This document shows, one piece after another, positions 52,950-64,000 of a stretch of 64,000 bases of DNA; the stretch's first letter is position 1; the number at the start of each line of letters is the position of its first letter. Location: assembly GCF_006345805.1 (NCBI RefSeq), contig NC_043007.1, positions 51,088,001 to 51,152,000 of the forward strand, read 5' to 3'. The notes under the pieces are model-generated. The model did no database searches and was not told the DNA's origin. It saw only the letters and a program-made list of their open reading frames with translations. Origin of the DNA: Octopus sinensis (Eukaryota). The translations under genes and the position numbers were made by a program.

Positions 52950-54940
52950 TACTGAATCTTTATTTTGGCGCTCAGGCCACTTAACACAGAGGGGACACTA
53001 CAAGGACAGACACAGTGGGGACACCACAGTGGGGACAAAAAACATGTAACGAATGAATATGAATTATATAATAATGAAGATGAATGGTTGCATGGGCACC
53101 ACTCCTCATACAGTACCATTTGGACGTTTGTACACACTATCTGTTGCTCATTTTCCCTTTTTTTCTTTAATTATTTCTTCAAGCATTTTCCTTTCTTTTT
53201 TTTTCTCTTTTTTTCTCCTTTTAACGCCTCATATACAGCTCTAACTCCACCAGATCAATTACCGGTGGCAGCTCATTAAACTCTACCAGGGCTGGGTCAA
53301 TCCTATTTCCACACATGTCCTTAAGCTTCCTGTATGTTTCTCTCTCGACCACAATGGCCTTTACACTCTCTAGGTAAATGTCAGTTGGTAGCTTACCCTT
53401 ATGATGTGCTTGAATTTAACTATTTTCTTCTCCACCTCCTTATTCTTCGAATAGATTACAAAATTCCATTGGTTCTTACTTCCTCTCGGTCTTCTTCTTT
53501 CTTCCTTTACTACCTTTCCTAACAACAACTCCTCTATACTCTTCTCTGAGTCTGGTACCTTCTCTTTCTCCGTCTCCACAGTAAACAGCTTCTCCGTCTC
53601 ATCCTCCTGTAGTTGAGTTCCTAAGACCTCCGTCAATTCACCTGTACACGCTTCCTCCCTCTCTGACTCATTGTCACACACCTTATTTATTTGATCACTT
53701 TCCTTTTCCGTATCCTCTTTCTTTCTCGTCGCTTCTTTCTTTCCCACCTCTTTCTTCTTTTTTTTTTTGGTTAGTCGGCGGCGGGTTTACCCTATCGCTC
53801 CTCCTTCTTTTTCTTTCCACCGGTGTGGATTCTTCTTCGTCAGCTTTCTCCTTATTCTCAACTGTCACTGCCTGTTCAACATTTTCGTTAGTCCCTCTCT
53901 GTTCTTTTCGTAGGCATCTCGCCTTCATGTGACCCTTTCGCCACATTCATAACACACAGGCGGTCTTTCCTCTGGTATTCTGTTGAGGTCTTCCACTGTT
54001 GCGTGGATTGTTAACTCCAGCCCATAGCCCCAGTGGTCCACCTTGTTTGTTCTGGTTGCCCTCAGAATTTTGGCCTCGTCCTCCATGTTATACATGATAG
54101 CCGTCATCAGCCATTCCTCCTCCAGATGAGGGGGTACCTGACCCACCGGAACTCTCGCCACCCGTTTACCGCAATAGGATGGTAGAAGAATCCACTCTTC
54201 TGAGCGGATTGCCTCGTGGCATGCCTCACCGCTTCCTCCTCTGACGTAAAACGCACGTCCACAGTGGCATATTTCCTGCCTCTTGCTCTGAATATTATTA
54301 CATTTTTCATGCTTTCCAGCACCTTCTCGATCTCTTCCACCGTTGCTATCTCAATGTTTCTAGTAGCTATCTTCATGGTCTTGTAGGTCACCGTCCGCTT
54401 CGTAACGCTTTTCGTCAGTTCTTCGGGTGGCGTCAACATTATCTTGTCGCCTTCCTTTCTCAGCAGATTCTTGCTAGCCTTCATCTTTTGGGCTCGACTT
54501 TTATTTCGCACATCCCCAGTGCTTCCTTCTCTGCTGTTAATTATGTTGGTTGTTGCTATTAATGATAACAGAGTTGTTTGTGCTGGTGTTGGTAGTGGTA
54601 TTATAAGATGTGGTAGTGATGTTGGTAGTGTTATAGAAGGTTTTGATGTTCCTGTGTTAGTGACATTATTATTATTCTCGGAAAAGGCGGCGAGCTGGTA
54701 GAATCGTTAGCACACCGGATGATAAGCCGCTAGGCATACGTCCGTCTTTACGCTCTGAGTTCAAAATCGTGGGCGATTAAATAAGTCCAGTTAAACTCTG
54801 AGGTTGATGTAATCGACTTACCCACTCCTCCGAAACTGCAGGATTCGTGTCAAAATTCGAAACCATTATTATTATATTTGGTATGTGTTGGTAGTAGTGA
54901 TGGTGGTGGTGTTATTGAGGATGTTAGACACAGCGTTCAC
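52950..54940 (-). mobile_element. ORF1/gag-only retroelement remnant (RRM-like + CCHC knuckle), SINE inserted in its 5' part
   Basis: IIFRARGRKYATVDVRFTSEEEAVRHA; RPPVCYECG / GHMKARC (frameshifted C-x2-C-x4-H-x4-C); E/K-rich linker; last frame LESVKAIVVERETY...LELYMRR* ends at about 53222; AATAAA at 52959-64; no RT downstream. Confidence 0.7.
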
Positions 54941-55310
54941 CAAGAAATTCCTTTGTGCCTCATTCTTGCCAGACAGCTTAAAATCATCTATGAAGAGAAG
55001 GTGGTTAATTGCTTGAGACTATCCCTTTAACTGATATATTAGGTTCATTTTCCTCTGTACCAAGGTCATAAGGATCATACAGAGAACAAAAAGCAACGGA
55101 GATAAGCTATCACCATGCAAAATCCCTCTTCTGATGCCCAGGGTGCCCAAGCTTTTTCCGTAGAATGTCAACTCAGTTTTCCACCCCACAATACTTCTCT
55201 TTAGAAAACACATTACATTCTTCGCAGTTCTAAACAAATCTAATGATGCACGAATATGGAATCATACAATCCAAGCCATTCCCAAATTTTCTCTCCGTTT
55301 ACAGTCTTGC
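54938..55310 (-). mobile_element. R4/Dong-like RT fragment, near-identical to 58528-58930
   Basis: IRRGILHGDSLSPLLFVLCM; differs from the second copy by short deletions and a few substitutions. Confidence 0.9.
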
Positions 55311-55314
55311 ATAC

Positions 55315-55345
<31 letters not shown>

Positions 55346-55559
55346 TGTATGTATGTATGTATGTATGTATGTATGTATGTATGCATGCATGTATGTATGT
55401 ATGCATGTATGCATGTATGCATGTATGTATGTATGTATGTATATATATGTATGTATGTATGTGCGCGTGTTTGTGTATGTATGCATATACATATATATAT
55501 ATGCATGTATGTATGTATTGCGTTTTTGCCAGCTACTTACCGTAGTCGTGGTAGGAGGA

Positions 55560-56100
55560 CAGTGGTCAGTTACTTTAGCCAGTTGTGTAGTTTGTCTGGC
55601 AGGCAGTTTAGAATCTGTTGGAATGTCACTAACTGCGAAACGCCGTAGTGTTCACGTTTTTGTTTTCGTTTTCGTTTATAGTCTTGGGAAGAATGTTAAT
55701 TTCAGATCTACGTTTTAATAAATTTACATTAATTAACTCTCTTCCTATGTTCCGCAAATGTTGCTTGTTGGCGTAATTGATTCGTAGTAAAATGATTTAA
55801 TTCTGGATGCAGGTCTTCCCAATATGATTTCAATCGATTCATATATCCAACAGCAGGATTTTGCTTCGCTCTTTTATAACAGTTAAATAAATCAGTATTC
55901 AATTCATAACTCCAAGAAAAATGAGTTTTGTAGTTACGGTTTCTTCTATAACTACAACTAGAAAGACTTTGTTTACTTCTTGAGCTGTTCTTTTCATTTT
56001 GTTCTTCGGCTGTGTTGTTGATGTTGTTGTGTCCAGCATGTTGTTTGAAGTGACATTGTGCATGGTAAATTCAAGTTTCATTCGAAAATCACTGCGTTCT
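55560..56100 (-). mobile_element. N-terminal (Myb-like) region of an R4/Dong-like LINE ORF
   Basis: An unlisted ATG-less frame reads RRNRNYKTHFSWSYELNTDLFNCYKRAKQNPAVGYMNRLKSYWEDLHPELNHFTTNQLRQQA. Confidence 0.6.
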
Positions 56101-56478
56101 TGTATAAAAGTCTCCTTCAGTTAATTCATCTGGAGATTAACCAGTTATTTAACAGGGCTGATCGCTGTGGCTTCAAACTTGGAGATAGTATTCATCGTAT
56201 ATTTGATAGTCTCCCACGGAAAATACGCGACCTGTCGCTTTGAGTTGCGGTTGTATGTATGTATGTATGTATGTATATGAACAAATGCGCCGTCAGATTT
56301 TTTCGCTCAAGTGGAGTACAGAACAGTCACTGATTCATTACATAGTCTTTCTGCCGATGTTTATAGATGTGTATATGCATATGTGTATATATGTGCGTGT
56401 GTGTATGACTGTATGTGTCTTTGTCCATTATGTTTTCATCAATGTATATAAATATATCATTTCAGGTGTATGTATGTA

Positions 56479-56530
<52 letters not shown>

Positions 56531-56869
56531 TGCGTGCGTGCGTGCACGCGCGTGTGTGTGTTGGCGTGAGTGTGCTCACGAATACATAAGTGTATCTGAA
56601 TATTGCTTGTATTGTTAGCAACCCTCTCAAAGAACATTCTAAACGCTAACTTCCTTCCCAAACCAAAGCTCACATTCCCTATGATAGCTGCCAATTTTCT
56701 CTCAGAGCACTTTCAACTTTACGGAAACACTGTGACAACTTTATAACTGAACTAACTCTAATAGTTGTTTTAGTTGCTCTCCTATCAACACTTCTCTGTA
56801 AATAGCTGCCGTTTTTAGCTTTAACTACAAACCGTACTAAATAACCACCTTATGTTTGTTGTTGCTAAT

Positions 56870-57268
56870 AGAGTTGTTTGTGCTGGTGTTGGTAGTGGTA
56901 TTATAAGATGCGGTAGTGATGTTGGTCGTGTTATAGAAGGTTCTGATGTTCCTGAGTTTGTGACATTATTATTATTCTCGGAAAAGGCGGCGAGCTGGTA
57001 GAATCGTTAGCACACCGGATGATAAGCCGCTAGGCATACGTCCGTCTTTACGCTCTGAGTTCAAATTCTGCCGAAGTCGACTTTGCCTTTCATCTTTTCG
57101 TGGGCGATTAAATAAGTCCAGTTAAACTCTGAGGTTGATGTAATCGACTTACCCACTCCTCCGAAACTGCAGGATTTGTGTTAAAATTCGAAACCATTAT
57201 TATTATATTTGGTATGTGTTGGTAGTAGTGATGGTGGTGGTGTTATTGAGGATGTTAGACACAGCGTT
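56870..57268. repeat. Direct duplicate of 54570-54937 (includes a family B SINE)
   Basis: Near-identical; the 54.7 kb copy lacks about 32 bp inside the SINE. Confidence 0.9.
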
Positions 57269-57699
57269 ATTGAGAGTGTTTGTGTTAATGTTTTTTTTTT
57301 ATCTTAATAACAGCAGTAGTTTTGGTGGTAGCGTTTGATTGTTTAACCCTAGTTCAGCTTTAATCGAACCCCCTATAACCAAAGGCTAACTATGACCATC
57401 CCATCCTACACTTTGATATAATGTATCCTCGGATTAAGGCGGCGAGCTGGCAGAAGCATTAACACACCGGGCGAAATGCTTAGTGGTATTTCATGTGTTT
57501 ACGTTCTGAGTTCAAATTCCGCCGAGGTCGACTATGCTTTTCATCCTTTCGGGGTCGATAAATTAAGTTGTGTACTGGGGTCGATCTAATTGACAGACCC
57601 CCTCCTCCTAAAAATTTCGGGCCTTGTACGTAGAGTAGAAAAGAATATATATCCTCGGATTATATTATCGATAGTGTTGTTGTCAAACAAAAGCCTTGG

Positions 57700-59150
57700 C
57701 GGAATTTCTTCCGTTTTTAAGTTCAGAGTTTTAATTCCACCGATGTCAACTTTGCCTCTCACCACACATTCTGCATTTGTCGCTGTCGGTAGAGTTGTCG
57801 ATTCTGCACTTCACATAGTCCTTAACGTTTGTTCTTTTACTGCGCATAGAAGTGCTTCTGTCTCTGTCTTCAGGCCACTCCTCCTCATCCACAGCCACCG
57901 TTCTTCTGTATCTGTCTTGGCGTTTGTATCTCTTGCAAACTGACCGTACATTTTTTTCTCTTTCCATGCTGTTTCTTTCTTGTGTTCCTTTCTTCTTTAA
58001 ATTTTTATTTCTTTACACAATTATCAGTTTTAATGACGCGGGACTTCTTCACATGTTTCAACAATGGCTCCACGGTATTTTTTACATACTACCTAAGCTG
58101 TTTTCCTTTATTTCGATACAATCCTGGAAACTGATCAGACCTACCCACTCTTTCATATGGACAAGTAGAGTCTATCGGTGTCACTCTTAGGGTGTAAGGT
58201 TCCGCGCACTCTCGATAATTTTCTTGTTTTCGTATCCATGTTCACTTCCATCTTTCGCTAGTTTATGATTCCAGTTCCATACTGAAATGATGTTATCGCC
58301 CATGTATTAATTGTTTGGATTCTATTCCATTCGGACAATTTTGAGCGCAACACCAATCTTAGTCATTGAAAACATTCCTTCCTCAGTTGCCTTTTCATTT
58401 TAATCAGTTTTCTATTAGATAATTCTATCCATACTAGGGACTGAACCTTGCCTCTTTTCAAGTACATTATACCACACCTCTTGAGTCCGAATTCTATTCT
58501 AATATCAGCACTAAGACAGTCAACCATGATCACCAAGAAATTCCTTTGTGCCTCATTCTTGCCAGACAGCTTAAAATCATCTATGAAGAGAAGGTGGTTA
58601 ATTGCCTGAGACTTTCCCTTTAACTGATATATCAGGTTCATTTTCCTCTGTACCAAGGTCAGAAGGATCATACAGAGAACAAAAAGCAACGGAGATAAGC
58701 TATCACCATGCAAAATCCCTCTTCTGATGCCCAGGGTGCCCAAGCTTTTTCCGTAGGATGTCAACTCAGTTTTCCACCCCACAATACTTCTCTTTAGAAA
58801 ACACATTACATTCTTCGCAGTTCTAAACAAATCTAATCACTCGATGATGCACGAATATGGAATCATACAAGCTTTGCGATTGTCAATCCAAGCCATTCCC
58901 AAATTTTCTCTCCGTTTACAGTCTTGCATTATCATTTTGTCTATCAAAAATTGGTCTTTGGTGCCTATGCATCTATTCCTGCAACCTTTTTTCCTCTGTC
59001 GGTAACATATCGTTCTCATCAAGTACAGTTCTTCTATAATTCCTCCTGATAGTAACGTCCACATTAATGGGAGGCAAGAAATGGGCCTTTTGATATATCC
59101 TTCAGACACAACACTGTTCGTCGTTTTGTCAGCCAGACTGGGATTTCTTC
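57700..59150 (-). mobile_element. Decayed R4/Dong-like LINE (RT to CCHC)
   Basis: [27 protein letters not shown]; RRGILHGDSLSPLLFVLCM; INHLLFIDDFKL; EFGLKRC; KCRIDNSTDSDKCRMCGER. Confidence 0.9.
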
Positions 59151-59296
59151 TTCTCCATTGATCAATGCATTAAATCGCTCCACCGGGGTCGACTTTGACT
59201 TTCATCCTTTCATCCTTTCGGTTACGCACTGGAATCGATGTAATCGACTTACCCCATTCCCCACGAATTTCAGGCCTTATGCCTATAAAAGAAATG

Positions 59297-59347
<51 letters not shown>

Positions 59348-59519
59348 GAGTGAGAGAGCAGTGCATGCCATCAAAGCGACTTTCCCTTTAACTGATATCC
59401 CAGGTGGTGGTGGTGTTGGTGGTGTTGATGATGTTGCTGTTGCTGTTGTTGTTACTGTTATTATGAAAGACTCTCGGATAGTTCTTAATTACTGGTTATT
59501 CTTCACTTGAAAGCAGGTA

Positions 59520-59840
59520 ATAACATATTACCAAAGGCGCCAAGTGGTGCTTTCTCCTCTAATTCAAAGAAACAATACTCTCCTTAGAATGCTAGCTGTA
59601 CCCAACAATGCTGTCTTCTGGATCACCTCGAGCCTGACAGCAACTCCAATATTCTTAATATGTTTTTCAAAGCCTTTGGGAACTGCTCCTAATGCTCCAA
59701 TTACCACCGGTATCACCACTACTTTCCTCATGCCCCATAACTTTCCTATCTCGTCCCGTAGTGGCTGGTATTTCTCACTCTTTTCTGTTTCCTTACATTA
59801 CACCCTCGAATCGCCTGGTATTGCAACATCTATTATCTTT
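59520..59840 (-). mobile_element. R4/Dong-like RLE C-terminus fragment
   Basis: IIDVAIPGDSRV..KETEKSEKYQPLRDEIGKLWGMRKVVVIPVVIGALG..QKTALLGTASILRRVL*; adjoins (ATT)n/(GTT)n/(GGT)n. Confidence 0.85.
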
Positions 59841-59857
59841 AATGGAATTGCAACAAC

Positions 59858-59888
<31 letters not shown>

Positions 59889-60129
59889 GTCGTTGTTGTT
59901 GTTGTTGTTGTTGTTGGTTGTGGTGGTGGTGGTGGTGGTGGTGGTGGTGGTGGTGTTATCATTACTATTTACTTTTAATTTGCATGTTTGTTACTGTCAC
60001 TTGCCGAGACACACCCAGCGTCCTGGGGCGAGTGAAGATAAGAGATGTTACAGTATGATTGAAAGGGAAGTGACAGGGGCAGTAGCGAAATGTCTTCGTA
60101 TAATACAACACACATTTAAATTCATAGGG

Positions 60130-60720
60130 TTTTTCTAAGGATGTGGGCAGGACTTGTTAGCACAATCTTTTGTCTTTCTCTGAGATATGGTTCTCCTGGG
60201 ATATTATCTAGATGTTTTTGACATCCCTTTCTTATCATACCTAGGGCACCCACAAGAACAAGAACAGTTCTCGTTTTAAGATGCCACATCATTTGTATTT
60301 CAATTTCCGGGTCCTTATATTTACTGAATTTGTCAAATTCCTTTACTGATTTACTTTCTATCAGTGGGAGCACTTACATCTATTAGTCTACAAGTATTTT
60401 CTTCCCTGTCTTTAATGAGTATGTCTGGTCGAAATGCCTGGATCGTTCTGTCAGTGTTGACTGGAAAATCACAGAGGATAGTGACATTTTTACCTTCAAC
60501 GACTGGCTCAGGATGATGTTTATGCCCGTAAGCAGGAGTGTTGATTTTGTAATGTTTATATATTTCCCAACGTATTTACGTTGGGAAATATCCTACCTTA
60601 TCGTGGCGATTTTTATATTCGTTTGGTGTGGACACAGGCCATCCCGAGGCAAGATAGTCTATTGTTTCATCAAATGTATCGCAAAATCTGCATTTATTGA
60701 TATTAGCTAAATAAGTAAAT
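60130..60720 (-). mobile_element. R4/Dong-like CCHC-RLE fragment
   Basis: NKCRFCDTFDETIDYLASG..EYKNRHDKVG; RPDILIKDREENTCRLIDVSAP; KFSKYKDPEIEIQMMWHLKT..VLVGALG. Confidence 0.85.
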
Positions 60721-61879
60721 ATATAATTTTTACTCTAATATATTTTGAATTATTATACTTTTTTATTTCCTTTTCTACGGTGTTCTCCCCTACTTGATTA
60801 TTTTATTTTATTTCATTATTTTATAATTAGCCTTTATTTATTTATAAAATTAATCTAATTTTTGTATCTCTATAAATTCATACTTAGCTTATATAAAACT
60901 ATTCTGGTATATTCACTACTTATAAAAAGAATAATGCCTAGATTATAATTTTATTGATATATAATTAGCATGTTCCTTTACCTCAATACTTCTTTATTAA
61001 TACCGGTATATACAAATTAATCAATATTCACAGATACCACCTGATGAGTTAGTATTTAAGTGTACAATATGTATAATATTAAACTATTTCTGAATAACTT
61101 CTTTTCCTCCCTCTATTGTGGTAAAAGTTTGGTATATACTCAAAAGTATTCATAAATTTCTATCCTTTTGTTATAATATTCTTCTTAATAATCTTTTGAA
61201 TAACCCTAAACTTTAACTGCATACAATATAGCAACATTGTTTAAAATATTTAACTATAGTACTACATGATAATACTTCCCCTGTTTCATTATCAATGGTC
61301 TGCCAGTGAGCGACCCCCCTAATTATCAGCTAACAACTTGTTTTCATTTTCCTTTACCAAACCAAATGATATTGCTTCTAGTAAATCTTGATTTTTATGA
61401 TTATACCAACTATGATGTCTGTCTGCTCCCTCAGCCCTACCCATAACAGATACATCCCTCTGTTCTCTCAGCCTTAGATATACAAGGGATTTGATAAGCT
61501 AGTCTATAAATTAAAACTGACCCCATAAAAACAAAAAAATCAGTGACAGGTAGAGTCTGTAACAATGTATATCTTGAAAATTCAGTAACTTCTAAAATAG
61601 AGTGAGGCAGCATGTTCTTTGTTTATCTCCTTAACTTCTTGGATATTTTAGGTATAATTATACTAATGTGTCCATCTGTTCTAATTTAATTAAATTCTAT
61701 GTCTTTGTGTAGCTGAAGATTGCTCTGCATTTTAAATTGATGTAATGTTTGCCTTGTTCAATTAAATGGAGTTAGATGCATACCTCTACTTATTTTGATT
61801 TTAATCACCTTACTTTGAAATGTAAGGACAATACCGTACTATATTCTGGTGTCTCAACTTAAGTACCATATTCATCTGA

Positions 61880-62570
<691 letters not shown>

Positions 62571-62571
62571 A

Positions 62572-62617
<46 letters not shown>

Positions 62618-63102
62618 CCATCCTCAAGTATAACAGTGTGTGTGTGTGTGTGTGTGAGTGTATGTGTGTGTGCGTGCGTGCGTGTGTGTGTGTGTGTATG
62701 TGTATAGGGTCATCATCTGTAAAATATTGCAAGGATTCTCTATATCAGTTTCATGGAATGACCACATGCAAATAGTCACATATACACTTGGAATACACTC
62801 AGAAACAGACACACGCATGCGCACATGAACAGTAAAGAAATACACACATACAAACACACTTCTGTGTTAATGTGACATACAAACCACTATATAAACGCAA
62901 GTTTATGCACACACTCATATCTACATACACCCGTATATATGCAGACATACATATATATTACATTTGCTCACATCAAACAAAACAAGTAAATTACAAACTC
63001 TAAGAGCTATCTTAACTTAAACAAAAGAGCCTTTTCCCTTTGTCAGTGAACAGATGGAATTGGGCAAAACAAGAATAATCCGAAGTACTTGAACAACACA
63101 CA

Positions 63103-63318
63103 CAATATAAATACATGCATATATATACTAGTTGACATACTCGGTAATTCCCGGAAAAGCGGGGCTTGTCCCTTGGTTCTGTTCTCATAATTGTTTCGCT
63201 AATCCAATAACAATATAAATACATGCATATATATACTAGTTGACGTACCCGGTAATTCCCGGAAAAGCAGAGCTTGTCCCTTGGTTCTGTTCTCATAATT
63301 GTTTCGCTAATCCAATAA
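63103..63318. repeat. 2 x 108-bp tandem repeat covering the Helitron 3' end
   Basis: Units start at 63103 and 63211; each has, on the minus strand, a CCGG-GAATTA-CCG(G/A) hairpin then CTAG|T (CTAG at 63128-31 and 63236-39). Confidence 0.9.
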
Positions 63319-64000
63319 CAACAATACAAAGTATGTAGCCCTTAAGACGGTTTTTGTGCATTTACGAAGAATACCGAATTGTTTTACACAAGATCTTGTT
63401 TTTAGGAATCCTCATCAAGTTGTGAATACCCAAATTGTAAAGTCAGTTACGTAATAACCACATGTGGAATTGCCTTCCACTCGGGTGTCCGGGTCAAGTA
63501 ATGCTTCATTGTAAATGGCGTTATTGAACATGGCAACTTCCGCTGAGATTTGCCTTTGAATCCTTTCTAGATGTCCTCTGCCATGCTGGTGTTGTGGATC
63601 ACCCAAAGCTTGTGAAGCTCACGGAAGCCTCAACACGATAGAAAATAGCTGGCGCAGTTGACTTAGTGCTGTGCTGACTGTTGCCTCCTCCACTGTCTGG
63701 TCCCAGTGAGCATCGTCCTCCAGTGATCCATGTTTGGCGCAGTGTATACCCGCCCGATGCCCCCACTGCTGAAGGCAGCATCTTCTTCCCAGCATGTTCC
63801 TTGCTTGCGTCTGTTCTATCTGTTGTGTGCCCATGGATGAGTATACGGGGACCCTTACATACAACAGTGTTCGGACAAGTAGATCACATTGGCATGATTT
63901 GAAGAAAGCTGTCAAAGTGCGTTCTTATGGATTCAGAACTACGTTTCGAGAATTGTCGTCTGTGAAATATACACGCTGGCCATTTTCAAGATGTACAAAT
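63128..64000 (-). mobile_element. Helitron RepHel fragment joined to its 3' terminus; runs off the window end
   Basis: VHLENGQRVYFTDD..TLTAFFKSCQCDLLVRTLLYVRVP; CAKHGSLEDDAHWDQTVEEA..QLRQLFSIVL; YNEALL; helicase domain missing before the 3' end. Confidence 0.85.

Noticed and set aside
55899-56081. GPCR-like TM6 fragment (KRTAQEVNKVFLVVVI)
   Set aside because: An overlapping frame gives a better match to the N-terminal region of R4/Dong-like LINEs; no other TM segments follow.
60720-61850. AT-rich stretch as a decayed L1-like ORF2 (similar case at 19700-20450)
   Set aside because: Only vague compositional resemblance; no motif I could identify reliably.

Overview
Eukaryotic, AT-rich, intron- or intergenic-like DNA packed with microsatellites and transposable elements. 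The repeat landscape looks like a coleoid cephalopod, probably Octopus; this is an inference from recalled repeat families, not a database result. I found no intact host gene and no prokaryotic system, and most ORFs in the supplied track are translations of (TA)n, (CA)n, (ATT)n or (GATA)n runs. Recognisable elements are several tRNA-derived SINE families, decayed R4/Dong-like and HERO-like non-LTR retrotransposons, three maT (DD37D-like) remnants, one Tc1/Tc3 remnant, a nearly complete pogo-superfamily DD35D element with TIRs, a 5'-UTR intron and a PHD finger, Helitron pieces, and an ORF1/gag-only retroelement. The main hidden signal is a set of type I hammerhead ribozyme motifs folded by hand from the sequence. 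Five keep the core motifs (9.8, 22.1, 45.0, 46.6 and 62.2 kb) and several more are decayed. Stem III is (near-)palindromic in all except the decayed 44.5 kb copy, several have unusually long stem II, and they lie in Penelope-like remnants next to (TA)n arrays, often as long inverted (foldback) repeats. A HERO-like LINE also appears to carry a complete Pol II promoter in its 3' UTR. All alignments and folds were done by eye and need computational confirmation.
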